Assembly: GCA_001275005.1 (NCBI GenBank)
Contig: JWZX01002930.1
Span: forward strand, 1 to 35,734
Length of the DNA stretch: 35,734 bases
Direction: 5' to 3'
Source: Chrysochromulina tobinii
Lineage: Eukaryota
Positions 24,890-35,087 of this stretch are shown piece by piece (the stretch's first letter is position 1; the number at the start of each line of letters is the position of its first letter). Under the pieces are notes generated by a model. That model worked only from the letters and a program-made list of their open reading frames with translations, was not told the DNA's origin and did not search any database. The translations under genes and the position numbers were made by a program.

Positions 24890-26119
24890 ATGGGAGCAGG
24901 GCACGCTGCCACCGCCGCCCAGCTGCCGGCGGCGCCGGCGCCGTCTGGATTCCTCGCGCACATGGCGAGCGGCGCCAGCCTCACCCCAGCGACGTACATC
25001 TGCGTGGCGTTGATCACCGCTGCGGCCGCTCTCCTGGCCCACCCGCCGAGCGCAAACAGGCTGCGTTCGTGGCTTGCCGCGCGCGTCCGGTGGGACTCGG
25101 TGGAGCGAGTCCAGCAGGTGCTTCGCTGCAAGGCCGCGGACATTTGGTTCTCCGCCTTTCCGTTCCTCGGCAACGAGATTCAGTACGTGCTGCTGCTCCC
25201 AGCGACAGCGTGGTTCCTCGATGATGCGGGCGCCACAGCTCGGCACCTCAGCCTCGGCGCTTTCATCGGGTGCTACCTCTCCAATGCCGCGAAGACGCAG
25301 ATGAGGCTGCCGCGCCCGCCGCTCAAGCTGCACGTGGGCAAAGGCTCTACGGTGAGCGAGAAGGCACGGCAGGAGCACGAGCGCATCGCAGAGCAGTATG
25401 GCTTCCCGTCCACCCATTCGGCGCACGCGCTGCTTCTGGGCACCATATTCGGCCGCGCCCTGCTGAGCCCCGGGCTGGGCCGACAAGCCTTCGTGCTGGT
25501 GCACACGGCGCATGTGGGCCTCTCGCGGCTGTACATGGGCGTGCACTCGCTCGCGGACGTGCTCGGCGGCTTGCTCGTGGGCGCTCTCCTCGCGTTCGGC
25601 GCCTTCGAGCCGCTTGGCCTCCTTTCGGACGCTGCAGTGTCGCTCGCAAGCACGGGCGGCACCGGCGGCGGGGCCGGCGTGGGCCCGCTCGCTCTCTATG
25701 CGAGCGCTCTGCTCGCTCTGCTCGCCGTGTTCCCCGATAAACGCGGCAGCACGTTCGAGGAGACTGTCTCATTTGCCGGTGTCCACCTGGGTCTCGTGTT
25801 TGCATGCGCCCTTGCCCGCGACGACGCGCCGCGTGCCGCCTTCGTGGCCTCGCTCCGTGCTCCCGGCGGCTCCATCCCGGCGGTGCTCGCGGCCACCGTC
25901 ATGACGCAGCTCGTCACCGGCCTTCTTGTGCTTGGCATGCTGCGCACCGGTCTGAGTGCGGCGGCCAAGAAGGCCGTCGCGCGCCTCGTGCCAGCCGGCC
26001 GGCTCAACTCTCTCGCGGGCATGGTGCGCGTGCTCCTCGTCAATCTGAGCGCGTCCGCTTGGGTGATGGGCATGCATCCCGCGCGGCTGCTCGAGGCTGC
26101 GGCGAGCCTGAAGCGCTGA
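24890..26119 (+). CDS. PAP2-superfamily lipid phosphate phosphatase, sphingosine-1-phosphate phosphatase-like
   Basis: Motif 1 KTQMRLPRP, motif 2 YGFPSTH, motif 3 SRLYMGVHSLADV, plus multiple transmembrane helices. The start could also be 24962. Confidence 0.88.
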   Translation: MGAGHAATAAQLPAAPAPSGFLAHMASGASLTPATYICVALITAAAALLAHPPSANRLRSWLAARVRWDSVERVQQVLRCKAADIWFSAFPFLGNEIQYVLLLPATAWFLDDAGATARHLSLGAFIGCYLSNAAKTQMRLPRPPLKLHVGKGSTVSEKARQEHERIAEQYGFPSTHSAHALLLGTIFGRALLSPGLGRQAFVLVHTAHVGLSRLYMGVHSLADVLGGLLVGALLAFGAFEPLGLLSDAAVSLASTGGTGGGAGVGPLALYASALLALLAVFPDKRGSTFEETVSFAGVHLGLVFACALARDDAPRAAFVASLRAPGGSIPAVLAATVMTQLVTGLLVLGMLRTGLSAAAKKAVARLVPAGRLNSLAGMVRVLLVNLSASAWVMGMHPARLLEAAASLKR

Positions 26120-26803
26120 GAGATGGGCAGGCTCGCGCTGGGTGGGGGGTGGATCGCGGTGTTCCGAGGACGGGACCGGTATTTCGCCCTGCGCCGCTGC
26201 GGCATGTGACGATGTGAGACCGTTCTCACGTCTGGATTCTCTGGAATGCGGCCGTTCCTTTTACACACAGATCTGTTACCCGGTTTATTTGCATTCATGG
26301 TGGGCTCGAGATCTGGTATCCTCCCACGCGGTCTCGGTCCGCGGTCCGCTGAAAACGCCCCAACGCGCACACAGCAACGCAACAATCAGCCACGCGTACC
26401 CTACAACGCGACACTCTTGCCAACACACAAGGACTGGGAGCGGAGGCGCAGCGCAGTGACGATCATCGGAGGGCTCCAAGCGACCACGCGGCCGTCGTCT
26501 AACGCGGCGGCGGACCAGATTCCACCGCTGAGGTCCGCTTTCGCGGTCGAACACAGAGCTCAGGGGCACACACCGGATGGCAGGAGGCTCAACTCCTGTC
26601 TCCTCGCATGTATGTGGCAAGCATACACACTCCCTCAGACACCACACGATCTAGCATGCGTTGTGCTGGCCGTCACGTGGTATCGGGCCCATCGGCCTCG
26701 ATGATAGGGCATCGGGAGCGGCGGCCCAATCAGAAGCCGCCACTCTTGGGTATCGTCCAGGCAGCATCCACGGCCTCTGACGAGAAGCCCCGACTCTCGA
26801 GCC

Positions 26804-27647
26804 CTAAGCATTGACAGCCTTGTCGTTGACGTCAACCTCCGAGAGCCGAGGCCGAGTCGCTTGCGCCGTCTCTGCCTCGGGAGATGAGTACTCGGACGAC
26901 TCGTCTATTGCCATGGATGAACCGCCGAGCGTCGCCTGCCTCCGCGCCCTCATGCGTGCACGCACCGCATTCCCGTCGGGCGGCGACAACGATGCAAACG
27001 GCGGCGAAATCGATGCAGGCGTCGCCGACAAAGCAGATGCCGCGGGCTCCTGCGTGGGGCTGAAGATTGAGAAGAAGCCTTCAACAAATCCAGGCAGAGG
27101 GGCGCGGTAGGTGCTGTCCCTGCCACCAGCCTCAAGCTCGTCAGCCGCCCGTCTACCGTGCGGAGAGGTCTTCTCAGCCACAAACATCCTGAATGTGGAG
27201 AGCCAGCCGCTCGCCTCCTCGTTGTTGGCAATCTGGGTTCACGGCTTTCTCGCGCTGCTCACGCTCAGCGAGCTCACGGAGACGCTCTGCATCCGCCTCT
27301 GCCGCAGCCGTGGCGGCGAGGGCAGCCTCCGCGGCCGCAGCCTCAGCGGCGGCGCTGATTTTGAGGCCGTCTTCGACGGCGAAGGTGGATGAATTGGTCA
27401 CAGCAGATGATGATGGCTTCTTGGGGAGAAAGACAGGTGCTTGGCCGTCTTTGCTGCCCTTGCCCTTGCCCTTGCCCTCGCCCTTGCCCTCGCCCTTGGG
27501 CCCGACTTTGAGGTAGCAGCAATACCCAGCGAAGACAAGGCAAAGCATGATCGACAAGGCAACGCCGATAGGCATCCCGATCAGCATCGGGATGTCTGGC
27601 GGGAGCGGCGGCAGCGGCGGCGATGAGGGAGGCGGCGGCGATGACAT
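26804..27647 (-). CDS. Single-pass membrane hypothetical protein; +1 frameshift at 27235-27237
   Basis: AAAATG start; Pro-rich N-terminus; TM IGMPIGVALSIMLCLVFAGYCCYL followed by basic GK repeats. Removing one C from AAC CCA G joins it to the 26804..27187 ORF (AVNQIANNEEASGWLSTFRMFVAEK). Confidence 0.6.
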
Positions 27648-27986
27648 TTTGATGTGATTGGGGTGCAAGCTGGTCACGTTGTGTCACGTACCTCGATACG
27701 TGAGGGTGCTTCGTGGGCACGACGGCGGCGTCTCAGTGGATGCGCGTCCGGGTCGACTCGCAGAATTTGCTTTTTGGTGGCACAATCTGGACGCAAATCC
27801 CAAATCCGATTCCTCGCGGAAGTAAGAAACCGTTCTTTGTGAAAATTTCGAAACGGGCAGAAGACACCGGGGGAGTCGGGACACACATTCACACGTTTCA
27901 CCAGGGTTCACGCATCATACTAGGCCACGCCCGGTGACGCGACCCCGCGTGTTCTAGAACCAGGGCACAACAAAAGAACTCACCAT

Positions 27987-30491
27987 ATGGCCTCCATCCT
28001 GTGCGACGCGACCGAGTGCGTCGCCTACAGCATCCTCTGGGGCGCTCTCGGCGCCGGAGTGCTGCTCGCGTTTTTATTGTGGCTCTCCACGCGGCAGGCC
28101 GCTCCTCTGCTGCGGCGGGCGGTTGTTGCTGAGCCGTCGAGGACGGCTGTGCTTCAGGGCACCAGAAGCTTCGAGGCGCTGCGCTATCCATGTGCAGCGC
28201 GCTCTGCACCGCCATCTAAACAGGTGACGCTTCCCGAGCCGCTGCACGAGTTTAGCTGGGAGGGGCTGAGCTACAGCGCCGGCGCGCTCCAGGTGCTGCG
28301 GCCGTCGTCGGGCTGCATTCGGCCGGGGTTGTGGGCGATGATCGGCCCGAGTGGCGCAGGCAAGTCGACGCTGCTCGGTCTGCTGGCGGGGCGCAAGGAG
28401 CGTGGCACGAGCGCGGGCGCCGTCCGGCTCAATGGTCGGCGCGCGAGCGCGCGCGCGCGACGCGAGCGCATCGGGTATGTGACGCAGGACGACGTGCTGC
28501 CCGCAACCTCGACGGTGGCCGAGCACCTGCACTTCCATGCGGCGCTGCGGCTACCGTGGCTGGGCGGCGAGGCGCGCGTGCAGCTTGTGCGCCACACCAT
28601 GGAGGCGCTCCAGCTCTCCAAGTGCGCGGATCGCCTCATCGGCGACGGTAACGGCGGCTACGTGCGTGGGTTGTCTGGGGGCGAGCGGCGGCGGGTGTCG
28701 GTGGCGACGGAGCTGATGGCCCTGGCAGTGGGAGCCACGTCGATGCTGCTACTGGACGAGCCGCTCACGGGGCTCGACTCGGCGAATGCAGCCCTCCTCT
28801 CGAGCGCCCTCGTCGCCCTCTGCCCCACGAGCCACACCCAAACCGCCCCCCGGTCCAGCCATGCCCACGCCGCCCACGCCATCTGCGATTCGGAGAGTGA
28901 GTGCGCCGTGTCCGGCTCCGCTGCCATCAACGATCTCGACGGCCTGCGCGACGGCGCGGCCGCCCACTCCACGCCGCTGCTGCTGGCATCCCCTCCGACT
29001 CTATCCGCCGACGTGACCGCGCCCGGCCCCACGAGATGCGATCTCGGTCCCACGAGATGCCCCACCATCCTGATGACGGTGCACCAGCCCACGTACAGGT
29101 TCCTAGAGAGCCTGAGCGGTGTCGTCGTACTCGATAAGGGAGGCGTGCTCCTCTACTGCGGCCCGCGCTACGCCCCCGCAGCACCGCTCCACACTCTGAG
29201 TACCCACAGTCACGCTGGTCCGTCGGATCGCGACGCAGCCCTACCCTCCGATGCCGCCGCCGATGCCACCGCCGATGCATGGCTCGGCCGCAGCAGCGCA
29301 ACGGGCGCGGCTCCTGGCAGCTGCTGCCTGTGCGCGCACTTCGATGGCGATGGACTCGAGCTCGCCCGTTACTCGTCCCACCCTGCCGAGGCCATCCTCG
29401 AAGCGCTCGCGGACGGCAGCGCCCAAGTCCGAGAGCGCCTCGCGCGACTGGCGACCTCACAGCAAGTGGCGCCGAGCTGGGCCATGCGCGCTGGCGCTGA
29501 CATGGACGACGGGCGCGCGGGACGCTGGGGTTGTGCACGCGCGCGCGGCGTGAGCATATGCACGGAGCTTCGGTGGCTCTGCACGCGTCAGGCGCGCCAC
29601 TCGCTCCGCCACCCGCTGCTCCTCTGGCTCCAGCTCGGGGTGACTGCACTCATGGCCGTTGGCGCCGGGATGGTCTTCTACAGACTCGACTACACGCTCG
29701 GTCGCGGCGTGCTGCCGAGGCTCGCGCTCGCATTCTTCGTCGGGCTCTATTTCCTTCTCACCTCGCTCGCGCCGCTACCGCTCTGGCACTCGGAGCGTCT
29801 TCAGTTCTTCAATGAGCGGGCTGCGGGCTGCTACGGCGCTACGAGCTACGTGCTCGCGAGGACGATCTTCGAGGGTTTGCTGCAGCGGCTGCTTCCAGCA
29901 CTGCTGTGCGCGTCGATCGTGTACCCGATGGCTGGTCTCTCGGCAGCGGGGCCTTCCGGGCCCGCGCACGCTGCCCTCTTCGCGGTCGCCCTTTGCCTCC
30001 TCAACCTGGTCGCTGCTGCCGGAGTCGCTTGCCTCGGCATCGTCTGCCCTTCGTCCGCCCTCTCTACCCTTGTGGCGGTGGCAGGGCTGCTCGGCGCCAT
30101 CCTCTTCTCAGGATTCGTCCTCAACCTACCCACGCTCGCCAAACGTGCGGGCGCGCCGCCGAGCGCTCACCCGTCTCTCGACGGGCTGCTACCTGCCGCG
30201 CTCCCTCGGTACCTCTCGCCCCTCTACTACTGGCACGAGCTGCTGCTCTCGGACGAGTTGCTCCAGACGACGGTGCACGTGCATGCCGACACGCCGGGCA
30301 TCAAGAAGCCATACGACATCGGCGGCGAGGAGGTACTCATGCACCTCGGCTACGCTCTCAACTGCTCACGACTCTTCGGCGAGCCCACGATGCCGTGCGC
30401 GTACGATCTCTGGGCACCCGCGGCCGCCGTCGCCGGCCTCACCGCGCTCGCGGTGCTCCTGCTCGCAGGCTGCGTGCGCGACCCGCACTGA
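27987..30491 (+). CDS. ABCG-family half transporter (NBD-TMD) with an extra N-terminal TM helix
   Basis: Walker A GPSGAGKST, Q-loop YVTQDD, signature LSGGERRR, Walker B LLLDEP, H-loop TVHQP; ABC2 membrane domain with ERLQFFNERAAGCY and FSGFVL. Confidence 0.93.
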   Translation: MASILCDATECVAYSILWGALGAGVLLAFLLWLSTRQAAPLLRRAVVAEPSRTAVLQGTRSFEALRYPCAARSAPPSKQVTLPEPLHEFSWEGLSYSAGALQVLRPSSGCIRPGLWAMIGPSGAGKSTLLGLLAGRKERGTSAGAVRLNGRRASARARRERIGYVTQDDVLPATSTVAEHLHFHAALRLPWLGGEARVQLVRHTMEALQLSKCADRLIGDGNGGYVRGLSGGERRRVSVATELMALAVGATSMLLLDEPLTGLDSANAALLSSALVALCPTSHTQTAPRSSHAHAAHAICDSESECAVSGSAAINDLDGLRDGAAAHSTPLLLASPPTLSADVTAPGPTRCDLGPTRCPTILMTVHQPTYRFLESLSGVVVLDKGGVLLYCGPRYAPAAPLHTLSTHSHAGPSDRDAALPSDAAADATADAWLGRSSATGAAPGSCCLCAHFDGDGLELARYSSHPAEAILEALADGSAQVRERLARLATSQQVAPSWAMRAGADMDDGRAGRWGCARARGVSICTELRWLCTRQARHSLRHPLLLWLQLGVTALMAVGAGMVFYRLDYTLGRGVLPRLALAFFVGLYFLLTSLAPLPLWHSERLQFFNERAAGCYGATSYVLARTIFEGLLQRLLPALLCASIVYPMAGLSAAGPSGPAHAALFAVALCLLNLVAAAGVACLGIVCPSSALSTLVAVAGLLGAILFSGFVLNLPTLAKRAGAPPSAHPSLDGLLPAALPRYLSPLYYWHELLLSDELLQTTVHVHADTPGIKKPYDIGGEEVLMHLGYALNCSRLFGEPTMPCAYDLWAPAAAVAGLTALAVLLLAGCVRDPH

Positions 30492-30691
30492 TGTGTTTGA
30501 ATCAACCAGTTGCGCGATGAGGGGCTGTGGCGGGTCGGGCGATGCCGATGGGGTTTTGGTGCGACACTTTCTGCTCACACCCTTGGGACCCAAGCCGGAG
30601 GTCATGATTTGCCCGGCGCCGTGTCGGCGCGTGGTAGGCTGACGCGTGTGTGTCGTATACGCGTGTGTGTGTCAGGCCGGTTTGTCATTGA

Positions 30692-31100
30692 GTGTGCAAA
30701 TCCAGATGTTAATCCCTCCCCTCCTCGACCCCCTTGCCCTTCGCCGTTGAGGGTAAAATCACGGCTCAGTTCGTGAAATTAGCACATGAAGGGAAGATTG
30801 TAACTTTGTTTGAAGATTCAGGGTATGAGGAATGGGTGCAAATCCAGATATTAATCCCTCCCCTACCCCCTTGGGTAAATCACTCAGTTTGAAATCAGGG
30901 TATGAGGAATGGGTGCAAATTGAAGATATTAATCCCTCCCCTACCCCCTTCTGGGTAAAATCACTCGGTGTGAAATCAGGGTATGAGGATTGTGTGCAAA
31001 TCCAGGAGATATCAATCCCTTTCCTACCCCTTGGGTAAAATTCGTTCCATGAAGGCGAATTCTGAAATCGATCGCAAGGCTCTGAACTTGCATGCATGTA
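30692..31100. repeat. Minisatellite-containing dispersed repeat: ~77-81 bp units starting at 30818, 30895 and 30976, one degenerate unit at ~30692, and a unique tail
   Basis: Unit TCAGGGTATGAGGAATGGGTGCAAATCCAGATATTAATCCCTCCCCTACCCCCTTGGGTAAA(A)TCACTC. The last unit plus tail recurs at 34663-34788. Confidence 0.9.
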
Positions 31101-31162
31101 GACTGCGCTATTTGCCTTGAGCCGCTTGAGTGTGCAGGGTTCTCGAGATTCGCCGTCGCCGC

Positions 31163-31741
31163 ATGGGATGCTGCGTGTCGCGTCGGCCCATGAAGCAGCA
31201 GGAATCGACCAAGTTGATCACATCCAGTAGCGCCACCCTTCCGCCTGTAGAATCCCAGAGAGTGTGGCCAAGCAGCTCTGTGATTATGCCGCCGCAGGAG
31301 GACCTGGTGCCCAAGCAGCCGACGCGCTCGCGCGCCGCCAAGAGCGTACACGATCTCGCCTTTTTGAACGCGTGCCGCAAGGGCGAGCTGCTCGTTGCCA
31401 TGGAGCTGCTCGACAATACAGCGCTCGGTGTGCGCCTCGAGGTCGAGGACAAGGACGGCGCGCAGGGTATGCACTGGGCGTGCCTTGGCGGCCAGCTGGA
31501 GGTGATTGCTTGGCTGCACGAGCGCGGCGTGCCATTAGACGTTCAGACGACGCACGGGGCGCAGCCGATCCACTGGGCTTCCTACGGGGGCCAGATTGCA
31601 TGCGCACAGTGGCTCGTCGCGCGCGGCGTGGCGCTGGACGTGGAGGATTCGCACGGGCAGCAGCCGGTGCACTGGGCGACCCGCTCGAGCCAGTATGCCA
31701 CCGCAAGGTGGCTACAACAGCGCTATGTCTCGTACAAGTAG
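31163..31741 (+). CDS. Ankyrin-repeat protein with an N-terminal MGCC dual-acylation motif
   Basis: Three clear ANK repeats: GAQGMHWACLGGQLEVIAWL, GAQPIHWASYGGQIACAQWL, GQQPVHWA. ATG at 31163 gives MGCCVS. Confidence 0.88.
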   Translation: MGCCVSRRPMKQQESTKLITSSSATLPPVESQRVWPSSSVIMPPQEDLVPKQPTRSRAAKSVHDLAFLNACRKGELLVAMELLDNTALGVRLEVEDKDGAQGMHWACLGGQLEVIAWLHERGVPLDVQTTHGAQPIHWASYGGQIACAQWLVARGVALDVEDSHGQQPVHWATRSSQYATARWLQQRYVSYK

Positions 31742-32285
31742 CGTCGAGGGGGGAGCAATCGAGGGGAAGGCGCGATTATGAGAATAATTCCCTGTTATTT
31801 CTGAGTGTTCCTCCAACAAGTATACAAGTGTTACAAAAAAAAAATTCGTACAGCTGAACGACACCCAACGGTCATCAAAAGTCAGGGTTTATCTCGCGTC
31901 GATTAGCACAGGACTCCTGTACAGGAGCAGGGGAACCTTGGTTCGCACGCACGGTTCTCGTGTGTGTCGTGTTAACCGTTCACGCACGAATTCGCGCCGT
32001 CACGCAATAAAATGCTTGCACTACCGTACGCTTCACTGTCCTCGATGCTCGAATATGTGCATGAGTGTGGCAAAGGGGTGAGTGGGGTGGTTGGGGGAGC
32101 AGAGGTGGCGGCCGCGATGGAAGATTAAAAGCAGAGGTCTTGTTTCCTTCCTTTAGGGAATTGGCGGCCAACTCCCTACAATTTTATGCGGCATTTGTGG
32201 CGGTTTCGTTTGCGATGAAAGAGGACAGACCGTCCTGCGAAAGGGTTCCGCGCAGCTATGCGTGAATCGAGGTAATAAAGAAATT

Positions 32286-32315
32286 GAAACTCTCTGAAAC
32301 TCTCTGAAACTCTCT
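32286..32315. repeat. (GAAACTCTCT)x3 tandem repeat upstream of NOP2
   Basis: Three perfect 10-mers ending about 85 bp before the ATG at 32399. Confidence 0.85.
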
Positions 32316-32398
32316 CTATTTCCCCAGTGTCGTTCACAGGGTAAGGTCCGCCTTTTGTAGAAAAGCTGCATAGAAAAGCGACGTCGTCGTCCAGTCCA

Positions 32399-34339
32399 AT
32401 GTCTTCCGCATCTAGGAAGCCGAGCAAGCCGCTACGCGGCCAGGCCGCAGTCAGCAAGGCGCCGATCCAAGTCACCACGGGCAAGGCGCCGCCCAGCAAA
32501 GGACCGCTGAGCAAGGCGTCGATCAAAGCGCCAGCCTACTCAGACGACAACAAGTCGTGGCTGAAGCAGGTGACGAAGAAGCGCGACCTCTTTGATGAGG
32601 ATGAGGACGAGGAGGACGAGGACGAAGAAGACGACGAACTGGACGAAATTGACGATGATGATGATGCCGAGGAGGGCGAGGAGGACGACGATGATGAGGA
32701 TGATGACATGGGTGGTGAGGACGCGGACGACGGCGTCACGGGTGGGGACGACGATGATGAGGAGGAGGAGGACGACGACGACGATGGCGACGACGACGAC
32801 GATGGCGACGACGGCGACGAGCTCGAGTTTGAGCGCAAGGCGCGGCAGACAGTCTCGCGTCTCGCCAAGCAGTCGGCCGCAAACGAGGAGGAGCTGCAAA
32901 AGCAACTCGCGAGTGAGCAGATCGAGCTGCCGACGGCGGACGAGCTCGACGAGGAGGCGTCGCGGCCGCCCGACATCTCGCACGTGCGCGAGCGCGTCAA
33001 GATGGTGGCGGAGGTGCTCTCTGACTTTGCGGCCAAACGCGCGCCAGGCCGCTCGCGCACCGAGTACATGGATGTCTTCTCCGCGGACCTTTCGGTAGTG
33101 TACGGCTACTCCTCCGAGCTGATCGATCTTCTCCTGGGGCTCTTCTCACCGGCGGAGTGCCTCTCGTTCATCGAGGCGAGCGAGACGCCGCGCCCGGTGA
33201 CGGTGCGCACGAACACGCTCCGCACGCGCCGTCGCGAGCTCGCGCAGGCCCTGATCGCGCGCAACGTCAACCTCGATCCGATCGCAAAGTGGTCCAAGGA
33301 CGGTCTGCAGATCTATGACTCGGCCGTGCCCATCGGTGCGACGCCCGAGTACCTCGCGGGGCACTACATGGTGCAGAGCGCCTCGTCGTTCTTGCCCGTG
33401 CTCGCGCTCTCGCCGCAGCCCGGCCAGCGGGTGCTCGATATGGCTGCCTCGCCCGGCGGCAAGGCCAGCCATCTTGCGGCGATGATGGCCAACCGTGGCA
33501 CCCTCGTCGCCAACGATGCCTCCAAGGAGCGGCTTCGCTCGCTGCAGGCGAACCTGCAGCGCCTGGGCGTGCGCAACGCGATCGTGATGAACGCGGACGG
33601 GCGCGACTACCCGAAGCTCATGGGTGGCTTCGATCGAGTGTTGCTCGATGCGCCCTGCTCCGGGCTCGGCGTCATCTCCAAAGATCCGTCCGTCAAGGCT
33701 GAGAAGCGCTATTCAGACGTACAGCGCTGCCAGCAGCTGCAGCGCGAGCTGCTGCTCGCTGCGATCGATGCGACGCTGGCCAACCAGCCTGGTCACGAGG
33801 AGAGCGGCTTCATCGTCTACTCCACCTGCTCCATCTCCGTTGAGGAGAATGAGGCTGTGATCGACTACGTGCTCAATTCTCGCCCAGTCAAGGTCGTGGA
33901 CACGGGGCTGCCATTCGGGGTCGAGGGGCTCACGCGCCATCGCACGAAACGCTTCCACAGCAGCCTCAAGCTCGCGCGCCGCTTCTACCCGCACACGCAC
34001 AACATGGACGGCTTCTTCGTATGCAAGCTGCGCAAGTACGCGAATGCGCTCACGCCCGACGCGGCGGCGGACGTTACCGCCGGCGCGTCCAGCTCCGCCG
34101 CGGCCGCCGATGAGGAGGAAGGTCCATCAGCGAGCGCCGGCAAACAGGGCGCCGCCACCGCTAAGGGTGTCAAGGCCGGCGTCAAGCGCAAGGCGAGCGC
34201 GGTTGACCCGAGCAAGGCGCCTGGACCCGCCCCCAAGCCGGGTGCCGAGCGACCGGGCGGTGGAAAGCATGGCGACGGCGAGGCGCGGAAGCTGAAGCGC
34301 CTGAAGGCGATGCAGCGCCCGCGGCGCCCGCGGACCTAG
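32399..34339 (+). CDS. NOP2: NOP2/NOL1 large-subunit rRNA cytosine-C5 methyltransferase
   Basis: Acidic N-terminal tract, RTNTLRTRRRELAQALI, GATPEYLAGHYMVQ, LDMAASPGGK, DRVLLDAPCSG, VYSTCS, RFYPHTHNMDGFFV, basic C-terminus. Confidence 0.96.
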   Translation: MSSASRKPSKPLRGQAAVSKAPIQVTTGKAPPSKGPLSKASIKAPAYSDDNKSWLKQVTKKRDLFDEDEDEEDEDEEDDELDEIDDDDDAEEGEEDDDDEDDDMGGEDADDGVTGGDDDDEEEEDDDDDGDDDDDGDDGDELEFERKARQTVSRLAKQSAANEEELQKQLASEQIELPTADELDEEASRPPDISHVRERVKMVAEVLSDFAAKRAPGRSRTEYMDVFSADLSVVYGYSSELIDLLLGLFSPAECLSFIEASETPRPVTVRTNTLRTRRRELAQALIARNVNLDPIAKWSKDGLQIYDSAVPIGATPEYLAGHYMVQSASSFLPVLALSPQPGQRVLDMAASPGGKASHLAAMMANRGTLVANDASKERLRSLQANLQRLGVRNAIVMNADGRDYPKLMGGFDRVLLDAPCSGLGVISKDPSVKAEKRYSDVQRCQQLQRELLLAAIDATLANQPGHEESGFIVYSTCSISVEENEAVIDYVLNSRPVKVVDTGLPFGVEGLTRHRTKRFHSSLKLARRFYPHTHNMDGFFVCKLRKYANALTPDAAADVTAGASSSAAAADEEEGPSASAGKQGAATAKGVKAGVKRKASAVDPSKAPGPAPKPGAERPGGGKHGDGEARKLKRLKAMQRPRRPRT

Positions 34340-34662
34340 GAAGAAGGGCGAGGCAGGGTGCTGTCGCACAGAGGCGAGCTCAGGATGAAGATAAGAAACA
34401 GTGGGAAGTAAGGCTCACGAGAAACCGAAAGAGAGCAACAGAGGAGTGTCGAAATGGGATGAGCATGATTGATGCCTTACATCGGTGTTCCCCCCATAAC
34501 GCCACGCTTCGCATGCTTGGGTCCGTGCCCTCGCCGTGCCCTCGCCACGTCGGTGCCGTTGCCGCTCCGCGGCGCGCATGTTACACTTACTTTCTTACGA
34601 CTATATTTACTCGTAAGACGTATTCATAAGTGTTCGCGCCTCTCAGAACTCAGATAGTGATA

Positions 34663-34788
34663 GAGGATTGTGTGCAAATCCAGGAGATATTCATCCCTTT
34701 CCTACCCTTATTCCTACCCCCTAGGAAAAATTCGTTCCATGAAGGCGAATTTTGTAATCGATCGAGGCGCTGAATTTGCATGCAAGTA
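34663..34788. repeat. Second, partial copy of the 30985-31100 repeat in the same orientation
   Basis: GAGGATTGTGTGCAAATCCAGGAGATAT...TTCGTTCCATGAAGGCGAATT...TTGCATGCA matches the first copy, with a small internal duplication (TTCCTACCC). Confidence 0.9.
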
Positions 34789-35087
34789 AGATGCACTCTT
34801 TGGAAACATGGGTTTGGATCTTTGGAATCAGTCCGACAACTTTACAAGGAAGCAGGCGTTCCCACGAGCAGAGTTGTGAGTTCCCTTTCGTACTTTCTTC
34901 GATCTCCCCGATATTTCTAGAGTACTCTTAGGAAACCTTCTGTACTTGTCTGTATCTTGCAAGTACATGTAAGCATGCGCCTCCAAACATCTGCCCACTT
35001 TTCAAGTGTAACGGCAAATCTCATCTCGCGGCCGCAAGGATCGCCGCAAGGTCCATTTCATTCCAACTTTCCTCTCATCGGGTGAAC

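Noticed and set aside
24890..30491. Sphingolipid gene cluster (S1P phosphatase plus ABCG exporter)
   Set aside because: Only proximity supports it. An unrelated gene lies between them, no other pathway genes are present, and ABCG substrates cannot be read from sequence.
30818..31040. CRISPR-like array
   Set aside because: Units are contiguous ~80 bp tandem copies with no unique spacers, there are no cas genes, and the context is eukaryotic.
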